Below, piece after piece: positions 48,116 to 62,032 of a DNA stretch of 64,000 bases. The stretch is from the human T2T-CHM13v2.0 reference genome, Homo sapiens. The stretch lies in NCBI RefSeq assembly GCF_009914755.1, contig NC_060929.1; one strand, 5' to 3'. The position numbers and the translations under genes were made by a program. How positions within the stretch are numbered: the stretch's first letter is position 1; every line of letters begins with the position of its first letter. The notes below the pieces were generated by a model. That model worked only from the letters and a program-made list of their open reading frames with translations. It made no database searches and was not told the DNA's origin.

Positions 48116-49022
48116 CTTTGTGGTTTTATCTACTTTTGGTCTTTGATGATGGTGATGTACAGATGGGTTTTCGGTGTAGATGTCCTTTCTGGTTGTTAGT
48201 TTTCCTTCTAACAGACAGGACCCTCAGCTGCAGGTCTGTTGGAATACCCTGCCGTGTGAGGTGTCAGTGTGCCCCTGCTGGGGGGTGCCTCCCAGTTAGG
48301 CTGCTCGGGGGTCAGGGGTCAGGGACCCACTTGAGGAGGCAGTCTGCCCGTTCTCAGATCTCCAGCTGCGTGCTGGGAGAACCACTGCTCTCTTCAAAGC
48401 TGTCAGACAGGGACACTTAAGTCTGCAGAGGTTACTGCTGTCTTTTTGTTTGTCTGTGCCCTGCCCCCAGAGGTGGAGCCTACAGAGGCAGGCAGGCCTC
48501 CTTGAGCTGTGGTGGGCTCCACCCAGTTCGAGCTTCCTGGCTGCTTTGTTTACCTAAGCAAGCCTGGGCAATGGCGGGCGCCCCTCCCCCAGCCTCGTTG
48601 CCGCCTGGCAGTTTGATCTCAGACTGCTGTGCTAGCAATCAGTGAGATTCCGTGGGCGTAGGACCCTCTCAGCCAGGTGTGGGATATAGTCTCGTGGTGC
48701 GCCGTTTTTTAAGCCGGTCTGAAAAGCGCAATATTCGGGTGGGAGTGACCCGATTTTCCAGGTGCGTCCGTCACCCCTTTCTTTGACTCGGAAAGGGAAC
48801 TCCCTGACCCCTTGCGCTTCCCAGGTGAGGCAATGCCTCGCCCTGCTTCGGCTCGCGCACGGTGCGCGCACACACTGGCCTGCGCCCACTGTCTGGCACT
48901 CCCTAGTGAGATGAACCCGGTACCTCAGATGGAAATGCAGAAATCACCCGTCTTCTGCGTCGCTCACGCTGGGAGCTGTAGACTGGAGCTGTTCCTATTC
49001 GGCCATCTTGGCTCCTCCCCCC
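48116..49022 (-). promoter_or_regulatory. L1 5'UTR internal sense promoter and antisense promoter, CpG-rich; YY1 site intact
   Basis: CpG-dense 48570-49010; CAAGATGGCC on minus at 49001-49010. Confidence 0.9.
48571..48786 (+). pseudogene. ORF0: L1 ORF0 (antisense 71-codon ORF), premature stop at codon 25
   Basis: ATG at 48571 gives MAGAPPPASLPPGSLISDCCASNQ, then TGA at 48643-48645; the canonical stop is still in frame at 48784-48786. Confidence 0.88.
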
Positions 49023-50261
49023 GACAATACCTTTTTAAAAAATGGATTTGGCAGATGGATCTATGGGCAAGCTATAATGCTTAACATTTATTGAGTGTAA
49101 AACTTGTTTATACCATCAATTTAAGCCCCTTTTAATACCCCTTTACATGTTATTTTATTGATTCCTCACAATAGTGCTTTGAAGAGGACCCTATTGTTAT
49201 CCATTTCATATTTGAACAGACTGGGGCACATAGAAGTTATGTAAATTGCCCAAAGTCACATTATTAGCAAATACAGAGCCATGATTGGAGCTGAGCAATG
49301 TAACTGCAGGATCTGTCATACAAATTACACCCTGTATGGCCTCTCTAGAGGAAAGAGAGTGCCTTCAGGGATGGTTGAAGGCTCAGCATTTTTGCATGTC
49401 TTCCTATACTACCTGACTATATGGCTCCACGATTGCAGCTATCCCAAATGACCTCAAGTTGGGTACCTAAACTGATTGTCGAGAGGGATTCTGGAAGGAT
49501 AAGGGCATGAGATACTGGTAGTCCCAGAGAAGCACCGGGAGAGTAATCCCATGGTGGCAGCAGTAGAAAGGTCTTGGAGATTTGGGTGGCTAAGGAGCCT
49601 TCTGATCATGGAGAAGCTTGGAGGACCCATCTATGAAAGGGCTTTCTGGAACAGGACTGCTGGAGAGATTGTAAAAATTGATGCACCACCTATAGAATTT
49701 ACCCAGGGTTTTGGGGATGCCCCTTTCCACTGGGGGTGAACCCAAGTTGCCTTCCCGGGATATTTCCCTGTTGCTTAAGCAGCAATATAGAAAAGTGGAA
49801 TGATTTCAGGCTCTAGGGTCACGCAGGCTTGGGCCCTTAGCTAAGCTTGACTCTCAGCTCTTGTCCCACCTGGAAGAGTTTCCTAATGTCTTTGAGCCCC
49901 CTTTTCTCCTCTGTGAATCTGGGGCAAGTACAACCATCTACCTTAAAGGGCTGTTGTCAGAATTAAATGAAATAATGAAGGTTTGCAAGTAATAAGCCCT
50001 TAGTATATGGTAGCTGTTTAATTCCCTCTTACCCCAAGAAAGATCATGCCCATCATTTTCAGAAATATTGCTTGACCCAAACAGGTTTTTGTTCTCTTGC
50101 CAGACTCTCTTATACTTCCTTTCTCTAACCTGCATCTTCTAACAGAAAATGAGCATTGCTTCTCTCAGTTCTACATAAACTCTGCTCCTTCAAGGAACCA
50201 GGGAACCATTTCCAGCCAGCACTTAGTAAGAAAGAGAGAGAGTAAGAAAAAACTTTAATGT

Positions 50262-50476
50262 AGTGGTGTGCTGGAGCTATCCTGTACTATCTCATGAAAG
50301 CCAGTTGTTAATTGTTTAAGAATTTTGTGAGCTGGTTGATTTCACTTTGCTAGCTTGAAATGGATCTAGGTGGGAATATTTATACTACAGAAATTGTCGA
50401 ATATTACAACTTAGAGTTTCTCTTTTCTTTCTTCTCTTCGAGAGCTTGTTTTAAAACATTGACCAGCACACCAATG
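50262..50476. mobile_element. MER63-like hAT element
   Basis: TAGTGGTGTGCTGG...CCAGCACACCAATG inverted termini. Confidence 0.7.
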
Positions 50477-50552
50477 AGTGTTAATAGTTAGAAAGTGATA
50501 GTAGTTAGGAAGCATACTATTTGTCAGATGTTGTCCAAAATCTTTACATATA

Positions 50553-50652
50553 GTAGGTTGGTACAAAAGTAATTGCAGTTTTTGACATTCCAATACCAAA
50601 ATTTTTTGCTATTACCGTACCAAAAACCTCAATTACTTTTGCACCACCCTAA
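50553..50652. mobile_element. MADE1 (Hsmar1-derived) MITE with expanded centre
   Basis: TAGGTTGGTACAAAAGTAATTGCAGTTTTTG ... CAAAAACCTCAATTACTTTTGCACCACCCTAA. Confidence 0.88.
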
Positions 50653-51021
50653 TACTAATTAATTCTCACACCTTTTGAGGTGGTTATTATTATCCCCATT
50701 TTGTAATGAGGGAAGTGAGAAAGTGAGTTGCCAGAGGTTATGTAGCTAGTTAATGACAGAATTGATATATAAACTAAAGCAGACTGGCTCCAAGGCCTGC
50801 GTTCATAGTCAGCTATTCCGCCTCTTGAGGATTCTTGTGAGGATTTAATAACTTATGTAAAGACTTGGCCCAGTCCTTGGTGCTTAGTAATTGCTTGATA
50901 AATATTAGCTGTTATTATTTATATCAAGAGTTCTTAAGTTTTTGAGGTCACGAAAATCTGATAAAGAAAGCTTTAAATATCCTTTTTTCCAAAAAGATGT
51001 ACATTTGTTTAGTGTGTACCT

Positions 51022-51023
<2 letters not shown>

Positions 51024-51069
<46 letters not shown>

Positions 51070-51076
51070 GCGCGCG
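51024..51076. repeat. (CA)n-(CG)n compound microsatellite
   Basis: 53 bp of uninterrupted purine/pyrimidine alternation. Confidence 0.95.
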
Positions 51077-51520
51077 GTGAGATATAACCTTAGGGGATTT
51101 CTGAACTCTTGGACACCCATTGATTCTAACTCTACCTTTTGGGGGCCACGTATAAGGCAGCCAGTCTCTCCTATTTCCCCATACTGTCTTTCAGTGCTCC
51201 AAAGATAGGGATCAAATTTCCTTTGTGTTTATCTTTTTCCAGTAGAACATCCATGTTTCTTCACCTTCTCTTCAGGGGCTGTTTGTGTACCCTCCCAAGC
51301 CACTTGCCCTCCTGCAGGTGTGCCCTAATTTCCTTTGCTTCTCATGGTATGAGACCCAGAGTTGTGTAGTCTTTTAGCCTTCTTCATTTCCCCTGATCTC
51401 TGTCTACCAACTGGTATTTTTCTAGTTCCTTTTTTCCTCTGGTGTCCTAGCTCTAGAGGACTTTACAAGTTCTCTGGCATCTAGGATATAAAGTTGAGCT
51501 ACAGTTTTAACACCCCTAAC

Positions 51521-51522
<2 letters not shown>

Positions 51523-51559
<37 letters not shown>

Positions 51560-51562
51560 GCA
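51523..51562. repeat. (CA)n microsatellite
   Basis: Directly visible. Confidence 0.95.
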
Positions 51563-51697
51563 CCAGTATACATCTTACAATCAAACCATAAAAGAATTCT
51601 GAATATGTGAACACCTATCTAGGGGCTTCTTTACTTTCTTCATCTGGGCTTCAATGAGCTGTAGACATCTACTTTGGCTTTCTTCTGTCTTTTAAAC

Positions 51698-52047
51698 CAG
51701 TGGCCCCCAACCTTTTTGGCACCAGGAACCAGTTTTGTGTAATTTTCCCATGGATGGTGGGCATAGAGGGGCAGGGTCAGGATGGTTTGGGGATGAAACT
51801 GTTCCACCTCAGATCATCAGGCATTAGATTCTCATAAAGAGCTCACAACCTAGATCCCTTGCATGTTCAGTTCACAATAGGGTTTGCACTTCTATGAGAA
51901 TCTAATGCTGCCACTAATCTGACAAGAGGTGGAGCTCAGGCGGTAATGCTCGCTCACCTGCCGCTCACCTCCTGCTGTGCAGCCCACTTCCTAACAGGTC
52001 ATGGACTGGTACCAGTCCGTCCGTGGCCTGGGGTTTGGGGATCCCCG
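51698..52047 (-). mobile_element. MER1B hAT-Charlie DNA transposon
   Basis: Terminal inverted repeats plus perfect 8-bp TSD TTTTAAAC (51690-51697, 52048-52055). Confidence 0.92.
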
Positions 52048-53659
52048 TTTTAAACTTTCCTTGTACCCTCATTTTGCTTCCTCAACCCCAACTGCCTGAC
52101 AGCATGTCTGCTCTCTAGCCTTGAATTCCAGTCTTACTTTCACTCAACAAAAGAAGAATAACAACTAATAAAAATTGCTTAGACTTTCTATGTGTGTACA
52201 ATTTTGTATACATTCTCATTTAAACCCATGCAACAAACCTATGATATAGGGGTTTCAAAGGAAATGGAAGCTTAGAGGGATTAAGTAACTTGCCCAAGTT
52301 TTCACAGCTAATAAGTGGCTAAGCTAGAATTCAAACCCACTTTTAGGAGCTCTATCTTTGCATGCTTTTCTTTGGTGTGCACTGACTCCTTTTCCTGTAT
52401 CGCGCATCTAATCGTGGTCTGACACATGGTCCCATCCTGAATATCTGTATTTATCACCGGGCTTTAGAAGTTCATAGTGTTAATAAGACATAAAGAGATT
52501 TCAGTCACTGGGTATTGGGGGAATTCTTGCAGGTGGAGGATCTCTCAGGATTGTGCAAATACTGCCACACAAGTCCCACCAACCCCACCCCAGCCAACCA
52601 ACCATGTGCCTCACTGACTAGGTCAGAGCTCGTTAAGACTCATCTTCCCTTTTCTTCAGTCCCAGAAAGAAATGGGACTAAAGCCTTTATAGAAAATAAA
52701 GCCATCCCTCCCTGCAAAAGGACCCTGAGCTGGATTTTTGAGAGTCCAGAAAGCTTTTTGTATAAGAAATGTGATTTTTAAAAACCTGACAGGTAGGCAT
52801 CCTTCCAGCTTTCTGTGGCTTACCAACGGCCCCTAGTGGCCAGTGGCTCCAAGTGCCACGAGCTGTAAGTCTTGGCTTCTTTGGTGCTAGCTGCATGCCC
52901 TGCAGAGTTCTATTGCACTGCATTAATTCCTGATCAACATATTTTGCAGTATTGGGACAGAAAAAATGATGAAGTCTAAAACTCTGGGCAAAGAAAGCAT
53001 TATAATGGGTGATCAAAGCTATAAAATTGGCAGGCTTTCACGAAGGCCTCTCCCTTTTTAACATTCCAGACCACACACTTATGCAGTAGCCAATATTGTT
53101 ATCTCTATGAGGTTCAGAGAGGCTGCTATGTAAACTAGGCTACACACTGGTTAGCAGGAAAGAACACCCGGGTTTGTGTGCGCACCGGTCTATGTAAACA
53201 CAGGCTCTAACATTTGTCAGGCATGTCTAAAGCAGCATGTAGGTTGTTTATTGGCAAAGCAGTCATCTGGTTTTGGGAAATAATGGCAGCTACGATTTAA
53301 GATTCACTCTGTGCCAGGCACATGATAAATGCTCTTATGTGAAATATCTCATTCACTCTTCATAGCCACCACTGTGCAAGATAAACACCTCCAATTTGCA
53401 AATGAGAATTCAGTCTCAGCAAGGTCAAAACTGCCCGAGGTCACATAGCTGAAGTGGAAGAGCTGGAAATTAGGGCCCAGGTTCTTTGAATCCAAAGCAA
53501 TAGCTTTCATTTACCTTAATACATAGCATGTGTGTTCTCCTTCAAGCAAATCGAAGTTGTTAGTCTTTAGCACACACTCACCAGAATCATTCTCTTCCTG
53601 TCTCCTAACCCGGCTGTATGCTGGTGAGCGTTCTGGCTGATAAGAGCTCAGGGACTGTT

Positions 53660-54125
<466 letters not shown>

Positions 54126-55269
54126 TCACTCATTTCCTGGAGACTTGGAGGGTTTTAGTTAGGGAGGCATGTGGACACTGCTGAGTCTAGTGGTCATTAG
54201 GCAGGCTTTGGAGTCAGGAGACATTAGGAGTTACTAAACCATTCAAGACTCAGTTTCCCAATCCATAAAATGAATCTTGTGGGGTTGTGGTAAGAGTTAA
54301 ATAGGACAATACATAGGATATTCTTAACATAGCACCTGTCACAGAGTGCCTTGCTAATGTGTTCATGTGTGAGGGACACACTGTGACTCGATATAGCTCC
54401 CTGGGAAGGTTTCAACAGCAGCACTAACCACTGAGAGACCTGGCCCCTTGTCAGGTGTCAGCAGATGAGATTAGGTTTTGTTTCCCTTGAAACACAAATC
54501 AGTTAACTTACGGGTTGAAGCAAAACCAACATACTGATGGAAAAAAGCCAGAAGCAAAGAAATCCCTCTCCTAGGGATAAACAGGTGGAGTGAAATAGTG
54601 ACAAAGTCTTTATTGGGAGCCACATCCCCCAAATCCCTTGCCAGGAGAGTATTGACTTTTGGTAGGAACAGGGGACAGAGCCATGAAGGAATGAATTTGC
54701 CTCAAAAGGAATTGCCATGACTTAATGGCTTTATTGAATCCTTGGTTTTTAGCCCATTGATTCCCATTTACTTTAATTCAGAGCTATGTAGGAGCTGCAC
54801 CATTACTTTGCTTGGTCATATTGATTAGTCAATATCCCTCCTCCTCTTGCCTAGGGTTTGTCCTTCTTCACATATCACCATGTATCTCTTGCTCCTGTTT
54901 TCTGTCGTCATTTCCCCCATTGCAGTGACTGTGTTACATGCACATGCAGGTGGTCTTGGCAAACCCTTGGAAGGCCTTGCTAACTGGAAATAATGGCACC
55001 AGGCAGCTGAGTGGTGCCACCTCACCATTAGGCTCTTTGTGCTAGTTATAACCATGCTTTTGCTTTAGGACTTGTCTTCAAGCTTTGAAAAAAAAAAGCT
55101 TTTAATTTTTGCATTCCTTTGGATGACAATTTCTATGTAGCTGTACTGGGAGGTTTTATTTAAGGCATGTTTTTCAAATTTTAGTGTGTACCAGATCACC
55201 TGGGAGCTTGTACAAAAGGACATTCCTGGGCCTAACTACTTTGACTCAGTAGATTCTTGCCTCCTCCCC

Positions 55270-55650
55270 TTTTAAAAATTGAGATAAACATGACATAAAA
55301 TTAAAATGAACTATCTTAAAATAAACAATTCAGTGACATTTAGTACATTCACAGTCACGTGCAGCCATCACCGCTGTCTGTTTCCCAAAACAGTTTTATT
55401 ACCCCCAAGTGAGACCCTATATCAATTAAGCAATCACTCCTATTCCTCTCTCCTCCTTGCCTTTGGCAATCACTTATCTGCTTTCTGTCTTTGTGAATCT
55501 ACCTATTCCAGATATTTCATCTAAGTGGAATCATACAATATTTGTCCAGTTCCTCTGGCTTATTTCTCTTAGCATATTTTGAGGTTTGCCTATATCTCAG
55601 TACCCCATTTCTTTTTATCGCTGAATAGTATTTCATTTTATACACACATT
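55270..55650 (-). mobile_element. L1MB 3' end fragment
   Basis: ACAATTCAGTGACATTTAGTACATTCACAG...AAGTGGAATCATACAATA. Confidence 0.75.
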
Positions 55651-57950
55651 TTGTCATTTAAGGAAGGACCTCACTTGGTTCTGCAGCTGGTGGTCTTTGG
55701 TTCAGCTTTGGGAATCATTGCAGTGGAGCTGGGTGTGCCCCCAGGCAACCTGATACCTTGTCAGAGCAGATTCTGGAGAGTGCCAGGCCCCAGCTGTCCC
55801 TTGGGTGTGACAGACCTTCAGAGATGGGCCTAACAGTGGATGACCAGGGTGTGTTCAGCCTAGCAGGACAAGTATCAGGACAGAGATAGAGACCCAGGTA
55901 AACCCAGTGAAGTGAGGGTATAACAACAGTATTGCTCTCATAACATTGTTGTTTAAATTAAATAAAGTAATTTATAGTAAGTGGTTGGTATAGATCCTGG
56001 CACAGAGAGAGTAGAGTGAAGCCAAAAGTGGCCATGATTTTCATTGCTTTTCCAAAAAAGGGGTAGTGTGCAGCTGGAGTCTGGCACGACTGGTGGGTAA
56101 CTCGTGTAGACAAAGGGAAATGCTCTCAGCAGGGCCAGCCACTGTTCCAGGATTCTATAGTATTTCCAAGAGAATTTATGAGAATAAGACATGGCCCCTG
56201 GTGAGGGAGAAACAGGGTACCCAGTTTCCAACATAAGACGCTTAGTCCCAGCAATAAGGCAGGAGTCTTGTCTTAAAATGGAACATATTGTCAGAATAAA
56301 AGCAGTCACAAGGCTAAACTAATCAGTATCCAAATTGCTTGTCTGATTTCCCTACTAGGTTGTGAGTACAGGGAGGGTAGGGTTTATATCTGTCTATTTC
56401 CCTGCTGTGTTCCTAGCACATAATATAGAGTATGAACTCAATAAATATCTTTTCATGGATGGAAGGATGGACGCTGTGTTACCTGTCTAATGCCTCAGGA
56501 CTGATTCATATTTTCTGAATCAGTTCCTCACACTGTTGGAGGAATATACTCTGCTCTTAGAATATTTGTAAATCTGATAAAAAATTCTCTAAAGTGTGCA
56601 CATTTTTGATCCAGCAGTTCTAAGTATTTAACCTAAGGAAATCCCTAGAGGATCATAAAGATTATGACTCAATAACATTAATTGTGACATTATTTAGAAT
56701 AGTGAAAACAGTGGAAATAATCCCCTGTCCAACAAAAAGGGATTAGTTAGCTATATTATAATACTTATATTCAATAGTGTTTCAAAGCCATAAAAATAAT
56801 GAAGATTGTTTAATAACATGAAAAAATGATCAAATTATGCAGTTAGTGAAAAAAAATGCAAGTTACACAACATTTTTACATAATGCTACTCTGTGTGTGT
56901 GTGCTTGTGAGTATAATACTGGAAAGATTTATCTTTGCTGCTGCTCTGATTACAGGTTATTTTCTTTTCAAGCTTTTTTGAGTTATTTCTGAAATTTCCA
57001 GTGTCTTTATTTTGAACCTGTGGTAATAACTTAGGTCTTTGACTTCTAGAGTGTGTCTGAACCTGCATGGGGTACTGAGTGGCTATAGCTGTGGGGATTA
57101 GAAAGCTTCAGGGAAGGGCTAGAAACACCATTAGGCAGGGCCTCTGCAACATTCCAAGGATGGGATGTGCTGTTCTTGCAGGAGAGAGAACGTTGTCCAC
57201 CATCTTTCGTGTCGTGTCCTCTTTCCTCTCAGATCAAGTGTTAGCATTAAATACTTTTCAGCCTGTAGTAGCTTTGATCTACATGGAGACTGGATCCATG
57301 TTCTGGCCTCCTAACTCCTGAGATAATCAGTGGCAGATTGGTTTCAAAAAGATAAATTTAAACCTTGTATAGGATGAATTGACCATGCAAATTAATTCTG
57401 TCCTGTGTTCTGGAAGATTAAAAGAAGAAAGTCTGGGCTGAGAAAGTGCAAACGGAATTAAGTACTTCTATTTAATGGGAAACAAGATGATATCTCTTTA
57501 GGACTGGCTTTTTATATTTTCAGTCAACCGATTATAAGTAACCTCTTGTCCAGGACTGAGGCTTTGTTCCTGGGCCAAGTGTGTCTGTCTGGTGAGGTTA
57601 GGTTCTCCCCAGAGGCTCTTGGGATTTTTATACCAGTACATGACTCCTGCAGTTCCTCCAGAATTCCTCAGTTTGATAGCATCCTAGAGGGGAACATGAT
57701 TTACATTTATTTTGGGACCTCCATAGAACTTACAAACCGACAGTGGTGATGTGTTGTGTGTGCTTTAAAGGGGAAGGATAGGTGCTAAAGGGAATAAGCT
57801 CCACGAGTTCTCTGAAAGTAAATGTTTCATTTGAGTCATTTTGGTGGTTGCTTCCACCAATGACCAAGGCAGTCCCTTGATTATAAAAATGGCTAAACTT
57901 TCACTGAGTGATTGTTATGGGTCTAGCATTGTGCTAAATGTTTTACATGA

Positions 57951-58000
57951 CATATTAGAGTTCTCCAGGGAAACAGAACCGATAGAGAGAGAGAGAGTGA

Positions 58001-58040
<40 letters not shown>

Positions 58041-58545
58041 AGGTGGAGAGACAGAGAAATAGAGATTTACTATAAGGATTGGCTTAAATGATTATGGAGG
58101 CTAAGAAATCCCAAGGACGGCAATTGGCAAGTTGGAGACCCAGGAGAGTCAATGTGTAGTTCCAGCCTGAGTCTGAAGGTCTGGGAACTAGGAGAGCCAG
58201 TTGTGTAAGTTCTAATAAAAAAGCTGGCAGGCCTGAGACCCAAGAGGAGCCAAAGTTTCAGTGCTATGGACTGAAGATTGGAAAAGACTAATGTTCTAGC
58301 TCCTGCAGTCAAACAGGAGAAGTGTCCTCTTACACAAAGGAAAGTCAGCCATTTTGTTCTGTTCAGGCCTTCAACTGATTGAATGAGGTCCACTCACATT
58401 AGGGAGAGCAATCTGCTTTACTGGATCTCCTGATTCAAATGTTAATCTCATCCAAAAACATCCTCACAGATACACTCAGAATAATGTTTGAGCAAATGTT
58501 TGGGTACTTTGTGGCCTTGTCAACTTGACAAAATAAACCATTGCA
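57951..58545 (-). mobile_element. MLT2 (ERVL) solo LTR with internal (GA)n(GT)n repeat, inserted in a MIR
   Basis: ATTAGAGTTCTCCAGGGAAACAGAACC...TTCAAATGTTAATCTCATCCAAAAACA; TSD CATGA/CATGG. Confidence 0.85.
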
Positions 58546-61158
58546 CATGGATTATATAATTTAACTTACACAATCATCTTGCAAGGTTATCCTTGTTTTC
58601 ATTCCTGTTTTACAGACGATGAAACTAAACCTTAGAAGGTTTATAGTTAGGATTCAAACCTAAGATACTGATTCTGGGGGCCACATCCTTAACCATTATG
58701 CTATAATAAATGCTTTAAAATTGATTACTTACCAACTTCTCAGATATAAATTTAAGAAAAATATAATCACTAACGATAGATTATATAAGACATTCATTAA
58801 TACCTATATAATGAGTAGATAAATATACTGTTAACACCTTACATCTTCCCTCCAATAAATTCATGCTTTGCACATTTCTCTTTACTCTGGAAGAGTGTTA
58901 CTGAGCAAAATTTGGTGAGTCTGTTGAGAACCCAGTTTCCCTTTCTTAATGAGTGTCCTAGGTCATACCGGTTGCATTTTAGGAATAAATAAATTGGTAC
59001 ATTAAGGTGTGGAGGCAGTAAAGACTCTCAGCATTGAGATATTTGTGTTGTGAAGAGATTGTGTAAACAGTTCATAGAAATTTGATTATTGGAAATAAGT
59101 GAAATCATTTCCTAGGGATTGTCTTGAGTGGATTTGGATGAGGTTAGAGTCAGCTAAGCTCATTCCAGAATCTCAAGAGTAATGGCTCTCTGGGTTGATC
59201 ATTAGTAGTAAGTGATATGTCTTGGAAATATGCTATGCAAATCAAATCCTGTTTTCCTATTAATTTTTATGCTTCTCTAAGATATCCTTCAGTGGACATT
59301 ACTGTATTCTCTCCCATCTCCACTCAGTTTTTATCTTTGAAATAAATGCCTACAGGTAGGCATAGAGTGCTCTGAATTTGAAGAGCTGCTTTGGAAAAGC
59401 AAATTTACCCTCACAGTTTATTATAAGTTGAGTTTTTAAAAATTATAAATTTCCTTAAATCAGGGCACATCTGGATTTCTAAGAAAGCATGGGAGGGAAT
59501 TCTCTATTAAGGTGATGTGATATATTTTAATATGCTATCTATCCAACTAGTTAATACTTAGTCGACTAGGTTTGGTTGATTGTTTCAATACTTTGAAAAG
59601 TACCAAGAGAACAATAAAGCTATTTCAATTTGGAAGTAGGGGAAAGTAAAAATAAGCAATCTTGTTGAAATATTAACTTAATTAGGATTGACTCAGCTGA
59701 GAGGAATTTGGGGCTTTAGTGGCCCAGGCTGGAGGGAAAGGCTGGCCTGATCCTGGGTAAAAGTTCAATTTGTCCAAGTGGTAACTCCAGGCTAGAATAA
59801 GACCCATGTTCATCATTTGAGGGAATTCAACGCAGGCAAATTTTTTATTTGTGAGAAACCAACCCCATTCATGCTAGTTCAAGGAAAGGAGCGTTTTGAA
59901 AGTTTACAGGGGCACTTCACAAAAATGAAACAGTATACACCCTGCGTCAAAAATTGTATATTTTGCTTAAAATGTTCTAAGGATAGAATTTCCTCTTCTG
60001 TCTGTTTTTGTCTCTCTCTCTGGCTGTATTAAAAAATGTTAATAGGCTTTCTCTGGCATTTAACTTTCTGAGATAACTTCTCAGTAAGAACATGGCTGAG
60101 AATGACTGTTTTATCCCCGATTCCATGTAACTTTCAGTATAAATATTCGCTAGTCTCTGATCAGGGATTTTTCTTTTCTTTGTTCAAACTTTCAAGGTAG
60201 AACATTAGCTTGTTAGGCAGTTAGTAGGTTGGCTTTCCTTGTATTGGATTTTTTGTGTGTGTTAAGTGGGCTATAACTTCCAGTGGATCCCATGCTATAA
60301 TAAAACACACCTACCTTGACTCACCCCTTCAACAGGGGCTGGTGAGTGGAGGCTTCTTCTCTGAGAAGAGATTGCAGGGTTACCTGTATCGCAAAATTAT
60401 GTACCACAATGAGTTCCAGCAGGGCCTCCTCAAAGAGTGGTATTCCTCTGAATCACAAGGTGTCACGTGTCTGAGAGCTCAGGAGACAGGATTCATTTCT
60501 CAGAACAAAGGGATTGATGTATGTATGGTCAAAGCTCCAGCCCAGTAAGCTCGGGTTCAGTACAGAATCCCAATATCAGAAAGGGAATAGGGGTGCAAAT
60601 CAGGAACCAAGGTGGAGATTCTGTCACATGGAGGACCAACATGATATGGGTTCTGAGAAGGCTTATAACTTAGAACCATGACTCCAAAATCCACGGGATG
60701 CATAAAAATCACCCTGAGGTACTTAATTTCAGGGCACCCGCTGAGATCTAGTAATCTGCTGAGGGAATTCTTTTAACAAGATCACGTAGTGAATATGACA
60801 CAGGGTCAGGTTTGGAAACTTGTGACTTATTCGGCCATCTGCCATCTGCACACACCAGATTCTGAGCCAACCTACAGAAACAAGGGCCTTCACCTTCTCT
60901 CTTCCAGTCTGAGGCTCTTTATATCCTGCCATTGCCATTATAGTTAAGGTCACCGCAGAACTCTCTTATGTCAGAGAAGTAAGGTTTTCTTGGTGTGACT
61001 ATTGGCATTTATGGCAGATGGTCTGGATAGGCTGGACTGTGGTGGAAATCTTGAGAGATTGAATTTTGAATCTGTGTGTCCATAACAGCTGAGACAGAAA
61101 AGGTTAGGCTTAATTTTTTTTTTAAAATGCTGTAAAGCAACTTTGAAGCTTTGTTGAT

Positions 61159-62032
61159 TGTAGGGAGACCCCCTGAAACTATTGCTACGGAATAAAAGAT
61201 GAAATGCTCCTGATTATTTTAAATACAAAATTGCATGCAGGATTGTGTAAAGACAATGCCAGGTTGGACCGCCAGAATGAGCCAACAGCGCATGATGTGC
61301 TTCCTCCTGCAGAGAGCCTATGAATGGACGTGCAGTCAGGGAAGTTTCACATCACCAAGATTCCTATCCCAGAAAAGCAGATGTTCATAGCTCTGGGAAT
61401 GGAATGCGACGCTTGTGGAAAGCCTATAAATGGACGCATGGGGGGCGCCTGTCCATATGGATAAGATAGGGCTATAAATGCCCTCATCTTGCCATGGCTC
61501 TTCTGGGCCTCTTTAGGGTTAAGGCATACTCCCTTCTGAGAATTTCTGGTCTAACCAGTTGTCTAGCTTCACGTCCTGTTTCTATGGATTGTTTGTAACC
61601 AGCTTTTGCTGCAACTGTTACTGCTGATAAATACCTTGCTAATCATAGGTTATGGAAAGACTGTGTTTCTGTTTTAAGGCTCTGTTAGAAATTACTGATG
61701 CACACACAATATTGTAAATTCTTATCCCTGTATACTGTACTTCTGCATACAGATGTTATGTTAAAAAATTACTTCATCCCCATGTGACCATCTCACCTCA
61801 TAATCAAATGACCCTAAATCCCTCACTAACCTACTCCTGCCCTCACTAAACTTAATAATAAATGCTGGTATATACAGTGCATTGTTGGCACCGCAGGACC
61901 AGAAGGCAGTGACCCCCCTGGACCCAGCTTTCACTATCTTGTTTGTGTCTATTATTTCTCGACCTGCCGATCTGCCTGGAAACAAAGAGAGAGCCCCACT
62001 GCATTGCGGGCTGCTGGCCAAATCCTGCAGTA
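61159..62032 (+). mobile_element. ERVK-class solo LTR, MER11D-like, 874 bp
   Basis: Starts TGTAGGGAGACCCCCTGAAAC; perfect 6-bp TSD GTTGAT (61153-61158, 62033-62038); TATAAA near 61474 and AATAAA near 61857. Confidence 0.8.

Noticed and set aside
60255-60953. Coding-looking unique sequence (97-aa and 74-aa ORFs)
   Set aside because: No recognisable homology or clear splice structure; may be an ancient repeat; needs BLAST
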